Shown: positions 29,844 through 39,848, counted from the stretch's first letter. The stretch is 64,000 nucleotides of DNA from Sphaerochaeta sp. (GCA_041654935.1 JBAZCM010000001.1:42516-106515); one strand, 5' to 3'. A program made the numbers and translations. The notes: generated by a model not told the origin, from the sequence alone.

Positions 29844-31294
29844 TTTCTCCTTTTTGTGGTCTGGTAAATGTTACGATAGAGGGTGGCAGAGTTCTGCCAA
29901 CTACTATCCCAACGCATCGCTCGCTTGCGTATGGAAAGGAGGGTCTCTTCACCCTGTTCCCACCACTGGAGGGAGCGTTGCACCGCTTTTAGTATATCAT
30001 GACCTGTAAGCTGGTCAAAGAGGATTCCAGTTCCCTCAGCAGGGCTCTCATCGAGATCGATGATCGAGTCGGCAAGGCCTCCAGTTCGCCTGGCGACCGG
30101 GATGGTTGCATAGCGAAGGCTGTAGAGTTGGTTAAGCCCACATGGCTCATATCGACTGGGCATGAGAAAGAAGTCCGATCCCGCTTCCACGAGGTGGGCC
30201 AGCTCATTGGAGAAAAGGATATTCACCGAGAGGTTTGGCAGCTCTTTGCCCAGCTCACTGAGATGGCGTTCGATCTCACTGTCCCCGGTCCCAATGATGA
30301 TCATTTGCATGCGGTTGGTCCTCAGCATCTCTTCAAGGGCTGGGGGTGAGCCCTCCAAGAGTTCGACAAATCCCTTTTGGCTTGCCAAGCGACTGATCAT
30401 GGAGAAGAGTGGGATGGACGGATCTTCCTCAAGGCCAAAGTGACGCTGTATCTGTGCTTTGGTCTTTGCTTTGCCCCCTAGGTCGTCCTCTGAGAAGTGA
30501 TGGGTCATAAAGACGTCGGTGCGTGGATTCCACTCATCATAATCGATACCATTGATGATCCCATGAAGGTCTTCGCTGCGCTCTGTAAGGAGATCTTCCA
30601 AGCCACACCCATACTCGGCACTTTGGATCTCCTTGGCATAGGTAGGGCTGACGGTACTTAGCACGTCAGCGAACTCAAGGCCCGTCTTGAGCATGTTGGT
30701 TCGCTTTGATGCGGTGGGGCCACTGAAGAAGCGGCTATCTGCATCGATGTCACAGCCCAGCAGCTCCAGACGACTGAACTCCCCCTGGTAGGCTAGGTTA
30801 TGGATTGTCATCATAGTGCGCATCTGAGAGAAGAAGGAATCATCAGACTGTTTGATGAGGTAGGGAAGGAAGCCACAGGTCCAGTCATGGCAGTGCACGA
30901 CATCAGGCTGCCAATCAAAGGCTTTGAGAAGCGCCATCGCTCCCTTATTGAGCAGCGTATAGCGAGCAAGGTTATCCCCATAGGGGGCGTGGGAGGTGTC
31001 GCCATAGATGCCGGTTCGCCCGCTGTAGGAGGGATGATCGAGGAAGTAGTAAATCACCCCGTCAAGGGTAGTCTTCTTCACGGTGATCTTTTCAACGGAT
31101 GCAAGCATTGAGACAGAGAGGGTTACGTCCAAGGATTCAAAAGAGGCGGCATCTACACTACCGTAGAGTGGTAAGATTACCCGAACATCATCACCGAGAG
31201 TAGCAAGGGACCCACTAAGGGCCCCTACCACGTCTGCCAGTCCTCCAGATTTGGAGAACGGAACACTTTCACTGCTGACCATGCAAATCTTCAT
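29840..31294 (-). CDS. glgA: Glycogen synthase
   Basis: KSGGLADV, HCHDW, SRLASQKG, MPSRYEPCGLNQ. Confidence 0.97.
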   Translation of the reverse strand: MKICMVSSESVPFSKSGGLADVVGALSGSLATLGDDVRVILPLYGSVDAASFESLDVTLSVSMLASVEKITVKKTTLDGVIYYFLDHPSYSGRTGIYGDTSHAPYGDNLARYTLLNKGAMALLKAFDWQPDVVHCHDWTCGFLPYLIKQSDDSFFSQMRTMMTIHNLAYQGEFSRLELLGCDIDADSRFFSGPTASKRTNMLKTGLEFADVLSTVSPTYAKEIQSAEYGCGLEDLLTERSEDLHGIINGIDYDEWNPRTDVFMTHHFSEDDLGGKAKTKAQIQRHFGLEEDPSIPLFSMISRLASQKGFVELLEGSPPALEEMLRTNRMQMIIIGTGDSEIERHLSELGKELPNLSVNILFSNELAHLVEAGSDFFLMPSRYEPCGLNQLYSLRYATIPVARRTGGLADSIIDLDESPAEGTGILFDQLTGHDILKAVQRSLQWWEQGEETLLSIRKRAMRWDSSWQNSATLYRNIYQTTKRRK

Positions 31295-31340
31295 GCCCTC
31301 ATTAGAACATTAAGGATTGGCTAGCGTCAAGGAGAATCAG

Positions 31341-32279
31341 TTAGACGTATGCACGCCCTTCAAGTTCATCAATGTACTCGCTGGCACAGTGGGCGGCAAT
31401 TGCGCCATCACTGGCTGCGGTGATTAACTGCCGGAAAACAGTGTCGCGCACATCACCGGCTGCATAGAGGCCGTCGGTGACTGTCTCCATGCGTTCATTG
31501 GTATTCACATACCCGTCGTGGGTGAGAACGCTCTTATCTAGAAGGTCAGTCTGCGGGATCATGCCGACGAAGATGAAGACAGCGTCAAACTCCCGCTCAT
31601 ATTGGATTCCCTTTTCAAGATCGTTGAGCAGCACACTGGTGACTTTGTTGCCATCACCCTTGATTTCGGTGACGGTGTGCATCATCACCCGCTCAATATT
31701 CTTGTTGCGCTCAGCTTGCTTGACCAGGTTATCCTGGGCTCTGAAGCGGTCCTTGCGGTGGACGATGGTCACGTGTTCAGTGAGTTTAGAGAGGTAGATG
31801 GCATCGGTCAGAGCTGTATCGCCACCACCGACAACAAGGATTCTCTTGCCACGGAAGAAGGGACCATCACAGGTGCCACAGTAGGAGACGCCTTTGCCGT
31901 TGTACTCTTCTTCTCCGGGAACTCCGAGGTGACGGTGCTCTGCTCCGGTAGCAAAGATGACAGCCTTGGCCTGATAGACCTCCTCATCGGTGGTCGTGAC
32001 AAAGAAAAGGTCGCCGACCTTCTCGATAGCCTTGACGGTGGCATATACCAATTTTGCTCCAAATTGCTCAGCCTGGGAGTGAAAGCGCATCCCAATCTCT
32101 GCTCCGCTAATCGGTTCATTGAACCCGGGGTAGTTTTCGATCATATCAATGTACATCGTCTGTCCACCTGGAGCGATGGCCTCTATGACGGTGACTGAGC
32201 GACCAGCTCGAGCTGCATATTGGGCAGCACTCATACCGGCCACACCACTACCTATGATCAAAATATCCTGTTCAATCAT
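31341..32279 (-). CDS. trxB: Thioredoxin reductase
   Basis: IIGSGVAG, SYCGTCDG, VGGGDTA, AAGD. Confidence 0.92.
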   Translation of the reverse strand: MIEQDILIIGSGVAGMSAAQYAARAGRSVTVIEAIAPGGQTMYIDMIENYPGFNEPISGAEIGMRFHSQAEQFGAKLVYATVKAIEKVGDLFFVTTTDEEVYQAKAVIFATGAEHRHLGVPGEEEYNGKGVSYCGTCDGPFFRGKRILVVGGGDTALTDAIYLSKLTEHVTIVHRKDRFRAQDNLVKQAERNKNIERVMMHTVTEIKGDGNKVTSVLLNDLEKGIQYEREFDAVFIFVGMIPQTDLLDKSVLTHDGYVNTNERMETVTDGLYAAGDVRDTVFRQLITAASDGAIAAHCASEYIDELEGRAYV

Positions 32280-32976
32280 CACGTTCCTCCAACGATTGGG
32301 TTCTTTTGAGCAACGCAAGCTCGGCATCGCTCACTCTGATGTAGAGCGGACCTGCTTCATCAGAATCTACTCCTTGGCTAAGATACTGCTTTACGCCCAA
32401 GCGGGCAAGGCTCAGTGCTAGGGCACTGCCTTTACCGTGAGCAATGGTAAGGTTTTTATCCAAACGCTTGGCGAGCAGCGGTGCATCACTACCACTGACC
32501 AAAAGAGTCGGGTAGTGATCGATAAGTTCTTTGATCTGTTCCAAGCGTAAATCTGCGGGTCCGACCAACCGTTCCCCTCGCTCATACAAGGCTGAATAGA
32601 AGCGTTGTTTTTTTGCATCGATTACCACCAGGGTGGGTCTATCAGCAAAGTCAATAGCATGGTACCAAGCATCGAGGCTCATCACCCCCACTAGGGGAAT
32701 GTTGGCAGCGCAGCTAATACCCTTAAGAGTTGCCATTGCAATGCGCAGGCCGGTGAAGGAGCCCGGTCCTTTGGCTGCAACCAAGAGGTCAAGATCGGAC
32801 ACTTCAATTGAAGCATCTGCGCAAAGACTGATGATACGGTCCATCAGCAGTTCGCTATGTCTATTACCTGCAGTCAGCGAGATACTCTCAAACCACGAGA
32901 TGTTTTGCTGATCATCGAAGATACACAGGGCCAGATGTAGGATTGCAGTGGAAGTATCGCAGGCAAGTACGTTCAT
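32272..32976 (-). CDS. tsaB: tRNA threonylcarbamoyladenosine biosynthesis protein TsaB
   Basis: LACDTST, HSE, GPGSFTGLRIA, PLYIR. Confidence 0.95.
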   Translation of the reverse strand: MNVLACDTSTAILHLALCIFDDQQNISWFESISLTAGNRHSELLMDRIISLCADASIEVSDLDLLVAAKGPGSFTGLRIAMATLKGISCAANIPLVGVMSLDAWYHAIDFADRPTLVVIDAKKQRFYSALYERGERLVGPADLRLEQIKELIDHYPTLLVSGSDAPLLAKRLDKNLTIAHGKGSALALSLARLGVKQYLSQGVDSDEAGPLYIRVSDAELALLKRTQSLEERDD

Positions 32977-33392
32977 ATGACAAATCCCTTCAGTTCGATC
33001 GTTCGGTCCAAGTTCTCTTCTATGGTAATGGTGATGACTTTTGTATCCTCTGGAAGGATCTCTTGGATTTTCTCGGCCCATTCGATGAGCGTGACTCCAT
33101 CTGGATCGAGGTATTCATCGCCGCCAATCATCTCAAACTCCTCGATTGAGTCAAGGCGATAGAGATCAAGATGATTGAGGGTAAGGCGGCCTTCATAGCT
33201 CTGGATAAGGGTAAATGAAGGGCTGACTACATCATCGACAATTCCAAGACCTGCGGCTATGCCCTTAGCAAGGACTGTCTTTCCAGCTCCCAAGCCTCCG
33301 CTAAGAGCTACGACCTGCCCGCTTTCAAGTGTTTGAGCGATACGTCTTCCTAGGGCAAGGGTTTGTTCAACCGAGGTGCTACGCTCTATCAT
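32973..33392 (-). CDS. tsaE: tRNA threonylcarbamoyladenosine biosynthesis protein TsaE
   Basis: GGLGAGKT, SPSFT, HLDLYRL, IEWA. Confidence 0.95.
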   Translation of the reverse strand: MIERSTSVEQTLALGRRIAQTLESGQVVALSGGLGAGKTVLAKGIAAGLGIVDDVVSPSFTLIQSYEGRLTLNHLDLYRLDSIEEFEMIGGDEYLDPDGVTLIEWAEKIQEILPEDTKVITITIEENLDRTIELKGFVI

Positions 33393-34588
33393 TACACCTC
33401 CTCATTGTCACTCATGTGCTCAATTACCTCTTCGGCCGCAAGGTACTCTTGAACAATCGGGGAGCCGACCATCTCGCCGCTTTCGCGCTGGTAGTCTTCG
33501 ATTAGCTTTATAATTACCGGGTCGTTCTCATCGAGGGCACGGCACTGCTCAAGGTATTCGCGCGCTAGATCAAGTTCTCCGTCAGCTAAGTGAAGGTAGG
33601 CGAGGTTGGAGAGGAGGGTAATATTCTCCTCATCCAGATCGATGGCCGTATTAAGGTACTCTTTTGCAAGCTCACGCTCTCCACTCTCCAAAGAGCAGAT
33701 GGCCAATTCGTTGTAGAGGTCGCTGCTTCCTTCAGAGAAAGAGAGGGCCTTGAGAAACGCCTCTTGCGCTTCACTAAAGCGTCGTTCTCGTCTAAGGGCC
33801 CATCCCTTGAGAAACCAAGCGTTCCAGATCGTGGGGTTGTCGGAGAGGAATACATCGAGCAGACGAATTGCCTCAATCTCATTGTTCATTTGAATGGCAT
33901 CATAGGCAGCCATCAGCCGCTCGTCATCAGAGAGCTTGGCCTGGATATCTTCCATGATCTTCTTGGTATGAGCTCGCTTCTCATCCTCCGGGCCATCACT
34001 TTCAAGGTATCGCTCCAAGAAAGAACGTGCTACTTCGACATTGCCCTGATACAGATGGAAAAAGCCTATTTCCCGCAGTAGATCAGGGTCATCCTCCAGG
34101 GTATCCAAACCGCTTTTGAGAGTCTGAAGCGCCTTCTGTTGGTTAGTGTCGTACACTTCCCCTTTATCTTGATCTGCGGCTGCGATACGACTGTAAAGGG
34201 TTGCTAGGTTGATGAATGCCTCACTTTGCAGGGTGAGGGCACATACAGAGCGAAACAACTCTTCGGCAAAGAGGTAGTTGCCTTTCTGCTCTTGGGCGAT
34301 TGCAGCAATATTGAGCTCCTGGGCCGCATCAGGCTGTACGGCTAGCACAAAGTCCCGATAGTAGGAGCGATGTGGGTGCCCAGGATCCCATGCAAGGATC
34401 TTCAGCATGCCACTGATGATCAACTCGATGGTAATTTCCTCAGTACTCTCCATCCGATCTTTATCGGCTGGCAGTTGTACTGGAATCTCAATGGTTGGAT
34501 CGATAGTAAACCCTTCAATGATCTGTGCTGCAGATTCAGGGATGGTGATGAAGATGAGGTTCTTCAATTCGTCGGATTTGGTATTCAT
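33392..34588 (-). CDS. Tetratricopeptide repeat protein
   Basis: TPR-like helices (NAWFLKGWALRR, LYNELAIC, LSNLAYLH); start moved to ATG 34588 because the longer ORF runs into the 6S RNA. Confidence 0.8.
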   Translation of the reverse strand: MNTKSDELKNLIFITIPESAAQIIEGFTIDPTIEIPVQLPADKDRMESTEEITIELIISGMLKILAWDPGHPHRSYYRDFVLAVQPDAAQELNIAAIAQEQKGNYLFAEELFRSVCALTLQSEAFINLATLYSRIAAADQDKGEVYDTNQQKALQTLKSGLDTLEDDPDLLREIGFFHLYQGNVEVARSFLERYLESDGPEDEKRAHTKKIMEDIQAKLSDDERLMAAYDAIQMNNEIEAIRLLDVFLSDNPTIWNAWFLKGWALRRERRFSEAQEAFLKALSFSEGSSDLYNELAICSLESGERELAKEYLNTAIDLDEENITLLSNLAYLHLADGELDLAREYLEQCRALDENDPVIIKLIEDYQRESGEMVGSPIVQEYLAAEEVIEHMSDNEEV

Positions 34589-34618
34589 GACGAGCTTTCC
34601 TAGTATAAAACATGAAAA

Positions 34619-34800
34619 AACCTGCGGTGTGACACCCGGAGAATGCTCTTGAACCGGTGGTTCAAAGGGGAAACTAGTTTTGCTGAAGATTCTGTTCCAT
34701 TTAACCCCGGAGGGTTGGAGCAATGCAAATCAGCTATACCGCTTCCCGTCTGTGTAAGTTGAGCCAAGAGACTGTGGCTCCAGGTGGCACCGCAGGAGAC
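34619..34800 (-). ncRNA. ssrS: 6S RNA
   Basis: ~180-nt rod closed by CCTGCGGTG/CACCGCAGG; contains CCCCTTTGAACC-ACC-GGTTCAAG hairpin like the 3' central-bubble strand of 6S RNAs; downstream of a zap gene; T run after 3' end. Confidence 0.82.
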
Positions 34801-34874
34801 GTTTCCTTACAAGACAGGACATCCTGTCTGTCTCTATCGTACAATAAGAATACGGTTTGTGAAAGGGGGGCAAG

Positions 34875-34903
34875 AAAGAACAGGGCCGTGTGGCCCTGTC
34901 TTC
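34875..34903 (-). terminator. Intrinsic terminator after rplT/zapB-like operon
   Basis: ACAGGGCC-ACAC-GGCCCTGT followed by TCTTTCTT on the minus strand. Confidence 0.75.
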
Positions 34904-34930
34904 AAAGGTTCTGCATTTGTTGAATTTTAG

Positions 34931-35281
34931 TTAAAGACTGTCATCCAACAAGGCATCGAGATCGATCTCGTCGTTGTTGAACGCTTCACCACTGGTAAAG
35001 GAGTCAGCGGCCTCCAACTCGAGGGAAAGGTCTTCAAAGAGTTCCACCTCATCCAAACCGTCGATCGTGGAGAGGGTATCCAGGGCAACAGCAATTGACT
35101 GTTCAAGCAACTTGTTGCTCGTGGTATAGCTCTCTACATACTCCTCCAGCTCAGCATTGTGGGCACGGACAAGGTCAAAGCGCTGTTGCAACTCCTCCTT
35201 CTCCTTGCGAAGCAATGCGATCAAGCCGGCAGCCTTTTTGGTCCTTAGTTCAAGTAACCTGATGGTATCAACGACAGACAC
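34931..35281 (-). CDS. Coiled-coil protein, ZapB-like, with acidic tail
   Basis: Heptad pattern LLELRTKKAAGLIALLRKEKEELQ; directly after rplT; GGAGG RBS before GTG 35281. Confidence 0.55.
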   Translation of the reverse strand: MSVVDTIRLLELRTKKAAGLIALLRKEKEELQQRFDLVRAHNAELEEYVESYTTSNKLLEQSIAVALDTLSTIDGLDEVELFEDLSLELEAADSFTSGEAFNNDEIDLDALLDDSL

Positions 35282-35319
35282 GGTTCCTCCTTGGTTCAAC
35301 CTAGCGAATTGTTCCTGCC

Positions 35320-35679
35320 TTACTTGGCGAGGACAACCTTTACCTGGTCCACAAGTGCATCGAATGCCTTGGCATCCTCGATAGCCATGTTCGAGAGAGC
35401 CTTGCGATTGATCTCAATATTGGAGAGTTTCAGACCATGCATAAACTGGGAGTAATTCAATCCCTGCTCCTGCACTGCAGCCGAAATTCTGCTGATCCAC
35501 AGACGGCGGAAGTCGCGTTTGCGCTCCTTTCGTCCACGATATGCATACTGGCCGGCCTTCTCAACAGCATCTTTGGCGATACGGTAGTTGGTACTCCTTC
35601 TTCCGTAGTAACCCTTAGCTTGCTTGAGAATCTTCTTTCGTCTGTCCTTGTGTTTGGTTCCGTCTACTGCTCTTGCCAT
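35320..35679 (-). CDS. rplT: 50S ribosomal protein L20
   Basis: KILKQAKGYYG, KRDFRRLWISRI, INRKALS. Confidence 0.98.
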   Translation of the reverse strand: MARAVDGTKHKDRRKKILKQAKGYYGRRSTNYRIAKDAVEKAGQYAYRGRKERKRDFRRLWISRISAAVQEQGLNYSQFMHGLKLSNIEINRKALSNMAIEDAKAFDALVDQVKVVLAK

Positions 35680-35690
35680 GATAATCCTCC

Positions 35691-35888
35691 TTAGGAGTAG
35701 GGGAGCATGCTCTTCACACGCTTCGCTTCCACATCACTGAGGATGCCAGTAGCACGCAAGTGCGCTTTGCGCTTGCTGCTCTTCTTGGTAAGAATGTGAC
35801 GGAGGCCCTGTTTCTTGTACTTGACCTTTCCGCCAGACGAGACCTTGAACCGTTTTGCAACGGCTTTTCTTGTTTTCATCTTGGGCAT
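35691..35888 (-). CDS. rpmI: 50S ribosomal protein L35
   Basis: [26 protein letters not shown]. Confidence 0.98.
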   Translation of the reverse strand: MPKMKTRKAVAKRFKVSSGGKVKYKKQGLRHILTKKSSKRKAHLRATGILSDVEAKRVKSMLPYS

Positions 35889-35971
35889 AGTTATGCACCT
35901 TCCTTATTTTGCGCTCTCAAGGAACAAGACCCCTTGAAGCAGCATGTTCTCAATCCCATGCGGGATTATAG

Positions 35972-36517
35972 TTACTGGTTTTCTTTCTTGGGAGGTTGTT
36001 TGGAGGGGCTGACAATCATACTCATCATCCGGCCTTCCATTTGTGCCTCCCGGTCAAGGTTGTAGCCTACACCAATTGTCTCTAGCTGGGCAAGTATGCG
36101 ATCAAGGACCACTTTCCCCAATTCGGTATGGGCTAGTTCTCGGCCACGGAAGCGGATACTTACCTTGACCTTATTTCCTTCGTTAAGGAATTCACCGATG
36201 TGCTTACTCTTTGTCTCAAGATCGTGTTTCTCAATCTTGGGCTGCATCCGGATTTCCTTCATCTTGACGATGTTCTGGTTTCTTTTTGCATCCCGCATGC
36301 GCTTCTCTTGTTCGTAGCGGTACTTTCCAAAATCGAGGATCTTACAGACCGGTGGGTTTGCGTTGGGTGAAACCTCCACCAAATCCAATCCTACGCCCTC
36401 AGCGAGAGCCACCGCATCAAAGGAGCTCATGATACCCCTTTGGTTTCCATCTTGATCAATGACGAGCACTTCTCTTGCACGGATCTGTCTGTTGACCCTC
36501 AAATCCTTTGTAGCCAA
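35972..36517 (-). CDS. infC: Translation initiation factor IF-3 (TTG start)
   Basis: LDLVEVSPNANPPVCKILDFGKYRYE, FRGRE; AAGGAG RBS before TTG. Confidence 0.97.
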   Translation of the reverse strand: MATKDLRVNRQIRAREVLVIDQDGNQRGIMSSFDAVALAEGVGLDLVEVSPNANPPVCKILDFGKYRYEQEKRMRDAKRNQNIVKMKEIRMQPKIEKHDLETKSKHIGEFLNEGNKVKVSIRFRGRELAHTELGKVVLDRILAQLETIGVGYNLDREAQMEGRMMSMIVSPSKQPPKKENQ

Positions 36518-36627
36518 ACGATCTCCTTGTGTTTTCGGCGAAAACCTCTGTTTTTACATATAAAACGACCTAAAAGGCCGACCTTAAACAATATAGCACA
36601 CGCCTAAATGTGTGTCAAAGCATGAAC

Positions 36628-36650
36628 AAGCCGCCCATCTTGGGCGGCTC
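36628..36650 (-). terminator. Terminator after fba
   Basis: AGCCGCCCA/TGGGCGGCT hairpin. Confidence 0.65.
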
Positions 36651-36666
36651 ATCAATGATTGTGTCC

Positions 36667-37659
36667 TTAACCCTGATTAGCAGAGCCCAGGACGTTGGTA
36701 TTCTTGTGCATGTACATCTTCTTCAGCTCTTCACGTGCTGGTCCGAGGTACTTGCGCGGGTCGAACTCGCCTGGCTGCTCAGAGAGCACCTTGCGGATGA
36801 CACCGGTCATAGCCAATCTTCCATCACTGTCGATGTTGATCTTGCAAACAGCACTGGAAGCTGCCCTGCGAAGTTGCTCCTCTGGAATGCCAATGGAGTC
36901 TTTGAGCTTGCCACCATACTGCTGGATCATCTCAACGTACTGCTCGGGTACCGAGGAGGATCCGTGCAGAACGATGGGGAAGTTAGGAAGCTGTTGTTCA
37001 ATCTCTTCGAGGATGTCAAAGCGTAGCGGAGGAGGAACAAGTTTTCCATTCTCATCGCGGGTGCAATCCTCGGGTTTGAACTTGTTGGCTCCATGGCTGG
37101 TACCAATAGAGATAGCCAAAGAGTCAACACCAGTGCGGCTGACGAAGTCTACGACCTCTTCAGGCTTGGTATAGGTGCTCTTCTCGTGGCTGACCTCATC
37201 CTCAATACCTGCGAGGACACCAAGTTCTCCCTCAACGGTCACGTCGTGGGCATGGGCATACTCAACAACTTTACGGGTCAATGCGACGTTCTCCTCGTAG
37301 GGGAGGTGGCTGCCGTCGATCATGACGCTGGAGAAGCCATTGTCAATACACTCTTTGCATGTCTCAAATGAATCACCGTGGTCGAGGTGTAGGACGATAG
37401 GGATCTCATATCCGAGTTCCTTTGCGTATTCTCCGGCACCCCTGGCCATATTGCGCAGCAGGTTGATGTTCGCGTAATCGCGTGCACCCTTGGAGACCTG
37501 CAGGATGACCGGGCTCTTCGTTGCAACACAAGCCTGGATAATGGCCTGTAGCTGTTCCATGTTGTTGAAGTTGTAGGCGGGAATGGCATACTTACCTTTC
37601 ATTGCCTTGTCAAACATCTCTCTGGTGTTCACCAGACCGAGTTCCTTGTAGGATATCAT
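36667..37659 (-). CDS. fba: Class II fructose-1,6-bisphosphate aldolase
   Basis: PAYNFNNME, LHLDHG, SVMIDGS, GTSHG, VLHGSS, KINIDSD, FDPRKYL. Confidence 0.95.
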   Translation of the reverse strand: MISYKELGLVNTREMFDKAMKGKYAIPAYNFNNMEQLQAIIQACVATKSPVILQVSKGARDYANINLLRNMARGAGEYAKELGYEIPIVLHLDHGDSFETCKECIDNGFSSVMIDGSHLPYEENVALTRKVVEYAHAHDVTVEGELGVLAGIEDEVSHEKSTYTKPEEVVDFVSRTGVDSLAISIGTSHGANKFKPEDCTRDENGKLVPPPLRFDILEEIEQQLPNFPIVLHGSSSVPEQYVEMIQQYGGKLKDSIGIPEEQLRRAASSAVCKINIDSDGRLAMTGVIRKVLSEQPGEFDPRKYLGPAREELKKMYMHKNTNVLGSANQG

Positions 37660-37771
37660 AGCTTACTCCTTGTACAGTGGATGCTTCGATCCATCTATAA
37701 ATGTAGCGAATTGTTACTAAGGTGGTCAACCGCAATCCGCATCGGTCTCAGCCACGATTTAAATACATTAC

Positions 37772-38794
37772 CTATTCTGTAAATACGTCAACAATTGGCC
37801 TTCTCAATAGCTCTGCCCCCTTGGATTGAGTGATAATTCGCTCACTGATAGCCCACCACACCAGTTGTTCAAAACGAGTGCTCTCTTCTCGTTCAATCAT
37901 TTTTCCTGGTTCTCGTCGGCGCCAGTCTCGCTTTGAGAAAGTTTTGCAAAGTTCTCGATAGGCATACTCGTTGATAATTTTTAAATCAAAAGCACGACGA
38001 CAGATTGCCTGCATGCTTATGCCCCAGAGATGCTTCAGATGATAGAGTTCGCTTATAGCTAAAGTGTGCCTCTTGTGACCAATAGCGCGAATGACCGATT
38101 CTTTGGGAAACAGCAGTGCCTGGGCAAAACGGTGGCATGCTTGCTCCAGAGGAAAATCATCTTCCGAAGAACTTTCGAGTAAGAGGTGGCCTAATTCATG
38201 AGCTAGTGTGAAGCGCTGTCGCGCCCCATCGCCTGAACAACAAGTACCAATGATTGACCATTCACCAGCGGTCATTGACATACCATCAATTGTATTGTTT
38301 GTTGGCACATCACTCGTCATAACGATAATACCTTGTTGTTCAATGACTTCAGTAAGGTGAGCAATAGGTGAGCGACCAAGTCCCCATCGATCACGTATTC
38401 CTTCGGCTAAGCGTTCAACATCTGTACCATTTTTTACAACAATAGGTTTCTCGTTAAAGCAACGGAATGGGGGATTTGGCCATAAGTTGTCAAGTAACTG
38501 CCATCGTTCAAGGTGGTCGTGTATCTCTGCTTCTATCGCTTTGATCGTTCCTTGGCGTAAAGAAGGCCTTTTTCTATAATTGAGTTGACCCATAGAAAGC
38601 TGTACTGGACGGAAAAAATATTCACTGCGGACATTCAGGGTTTTGGAAAGTGCCAACAATACTGTTGATGATGGCATGCTTTGGCCATGCTCATACTTTT
38701 TGATCATGTTGGCACTCACACCGACTTTAGATCCCAACTCTTTCATTGACAGGGATGCAGCGTGTCGGGCACGCTTCAGGCGTTCTCCGAACAT
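37772..38794 (-). CDS. XRE-family HTH fused to ImmA/IrrE-type metallopeptidase
   Basis: N-terminal Cro/CI HTH; RQRFTLAHELGH HExxH; EQACHRFA. Confidence 0.9.
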   Translation of the reverse strand: MFGERLKRARHAASLSMKELGSKVGVSANMIKKYEHGQSMPSSTVLLALSKTLNVRSEYFFRPVQLSMGQLNYRKRPSLRQGTIKAIEAEIHDHLERWQLLDNLWPNPPFRCFNEKPIVVKNGTDVERLAEGIRDRWGLGRSPIAHLTEVIEQQGIIVMTSDVPTNNTIDGMSMTAGEWSIIGTCCSGDGARQRFTLAHELGHLLLESSSEDDFPLEQACHRFAQALLFPKESVIRAIGHKRHTLAISELYHLKHLWGISMQAICRRAFDLKIINEYAYRELCKTFSKRDWRRREPGKMIEREESTRFEQLVWWAISERIITQSKGAELLRRPIVDVFTE

Positions 38795-38860
38795 GACATC
38801 TATCTCCTTAGGTTTACATATTGCTAAAAAAATAAAGAAACGTAAGCCTTTTTTCTCGGG

Positions 38861-39658
38861 TTATTCTCTTAAGAAGGTGAGAAAATGGTGATAGTTAATC
38901 TCAATCTGCTCTACCAACTCTGCAACACTGATCTGTCGCAACTCAGCTGCAAATCGGTAGATATGGATCATCGACAGTGGGGTATTTGGTTTACCCCGTA
39001 GGGGGACTGGGCTCAGGTATGGGCTGTCCGTCTCCAAAAGAAGTGAGGATAAGGGTAGAGAGGAGAAAAGTTTTTGCATCTGGGTGTTGGATTTATAGGT
39101 CAGAGGCCCAGCAAAGGAGAGGAAAAACCCCTTTTCGATGGCTAGGTGGGCAAGCTCGTCGCCTCCTTGATAGCAGTGAAACACTCCACCTGAAGCAAAT
39201 GAGCGATCTTTTAAGATTCTGATAAACTGCTCATCAGCTTCACGGTTATGAATGATAATAGGTAAACCTCGATCTTGGGCTAGGTCAAACTGTCGGTGCA
39301 ACAACGCTTCCTGACTTTCCGGGGTGCCGTACTTCCAATGATTGTCCAATCCGATCTCACCGATGGCCGCAGCTTTATAAAGATCAAGTTGCTCTTCAAG
39401 TTGCGCTATTTGCACCTCGATGGAAGGCCTGCCTTTATCGACCCCCCAGGGGCCAATACCGACTGCAAACTGTAGGCCATCGTAGTGACCAAAGCGTTCA
39501 ATGCGCATCCCTAGGTCATCGCCAGCCAATCCAATTTCGAGGCCAACGATATTGTTCTCCTGCATCTTTTGCAGAAGTGCAATCGGGTCGATGCCTTTCG
39601 CCTCAATGGCTCTAAGGTGAAAGTGACTGTCAATTAAGCTAAGGTGCTGTTCATCCAT
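38861..39658 (-). CDS. tatD: TatD family nuclease
   Basis: IDSHFH, IGEIGLD, IHNRE, FHCY, LETDSPYL. Confidence 0.93.
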   Translation of the reverse strand: MDEQHLSLIDSHFHLRAIEAKGIDPIALLQKMQENNIVGLEIGLAGDDLGMRIERFGHYDGLQFAVGIGPWGVDKGRPSIEVQIAQLEEQLDLYKAAAIGEIGLDNHWKYGTPESQEALLHRQFDLAQDRGLPIIIHNREADEQFIRILKDRSFASGGVFHCYQGGDELAHLAIEKGFFLSFAGPLTYKSNTQMQKLFSSLPLSSLLLETDSPYLSPVPLRGKPNTPLSMIHIYRFAAELRQISVAELVEQIEINYHHFLTFLRE

Positions 39659-39848
39659 GTCTCTAGTTATATCCTTCTCTTGTATACTTGCAAAGCCCAT
39701 TGACAAATAGTGCTGCTCATTTGGTGGAGATCTGCAAGAAATGAGGTGAAACATTAATTCCGATGCCGTGATATCCAAGAAGGGAAAAAATATCGCGTTG
39801 CTTAGAGATGATAGTCTGATAGAATCATGATAACAACAGGAGTCAACA

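Noticed and set aside
37701-37720. ATGTAGCGAATTGTTACTAA in the fba promoter as a third copy of the purine-cluster operator
   Set aside because: It matches mainly the spacer of the ygfK site, and both TTGTTGC units are mismatched; probably chance.
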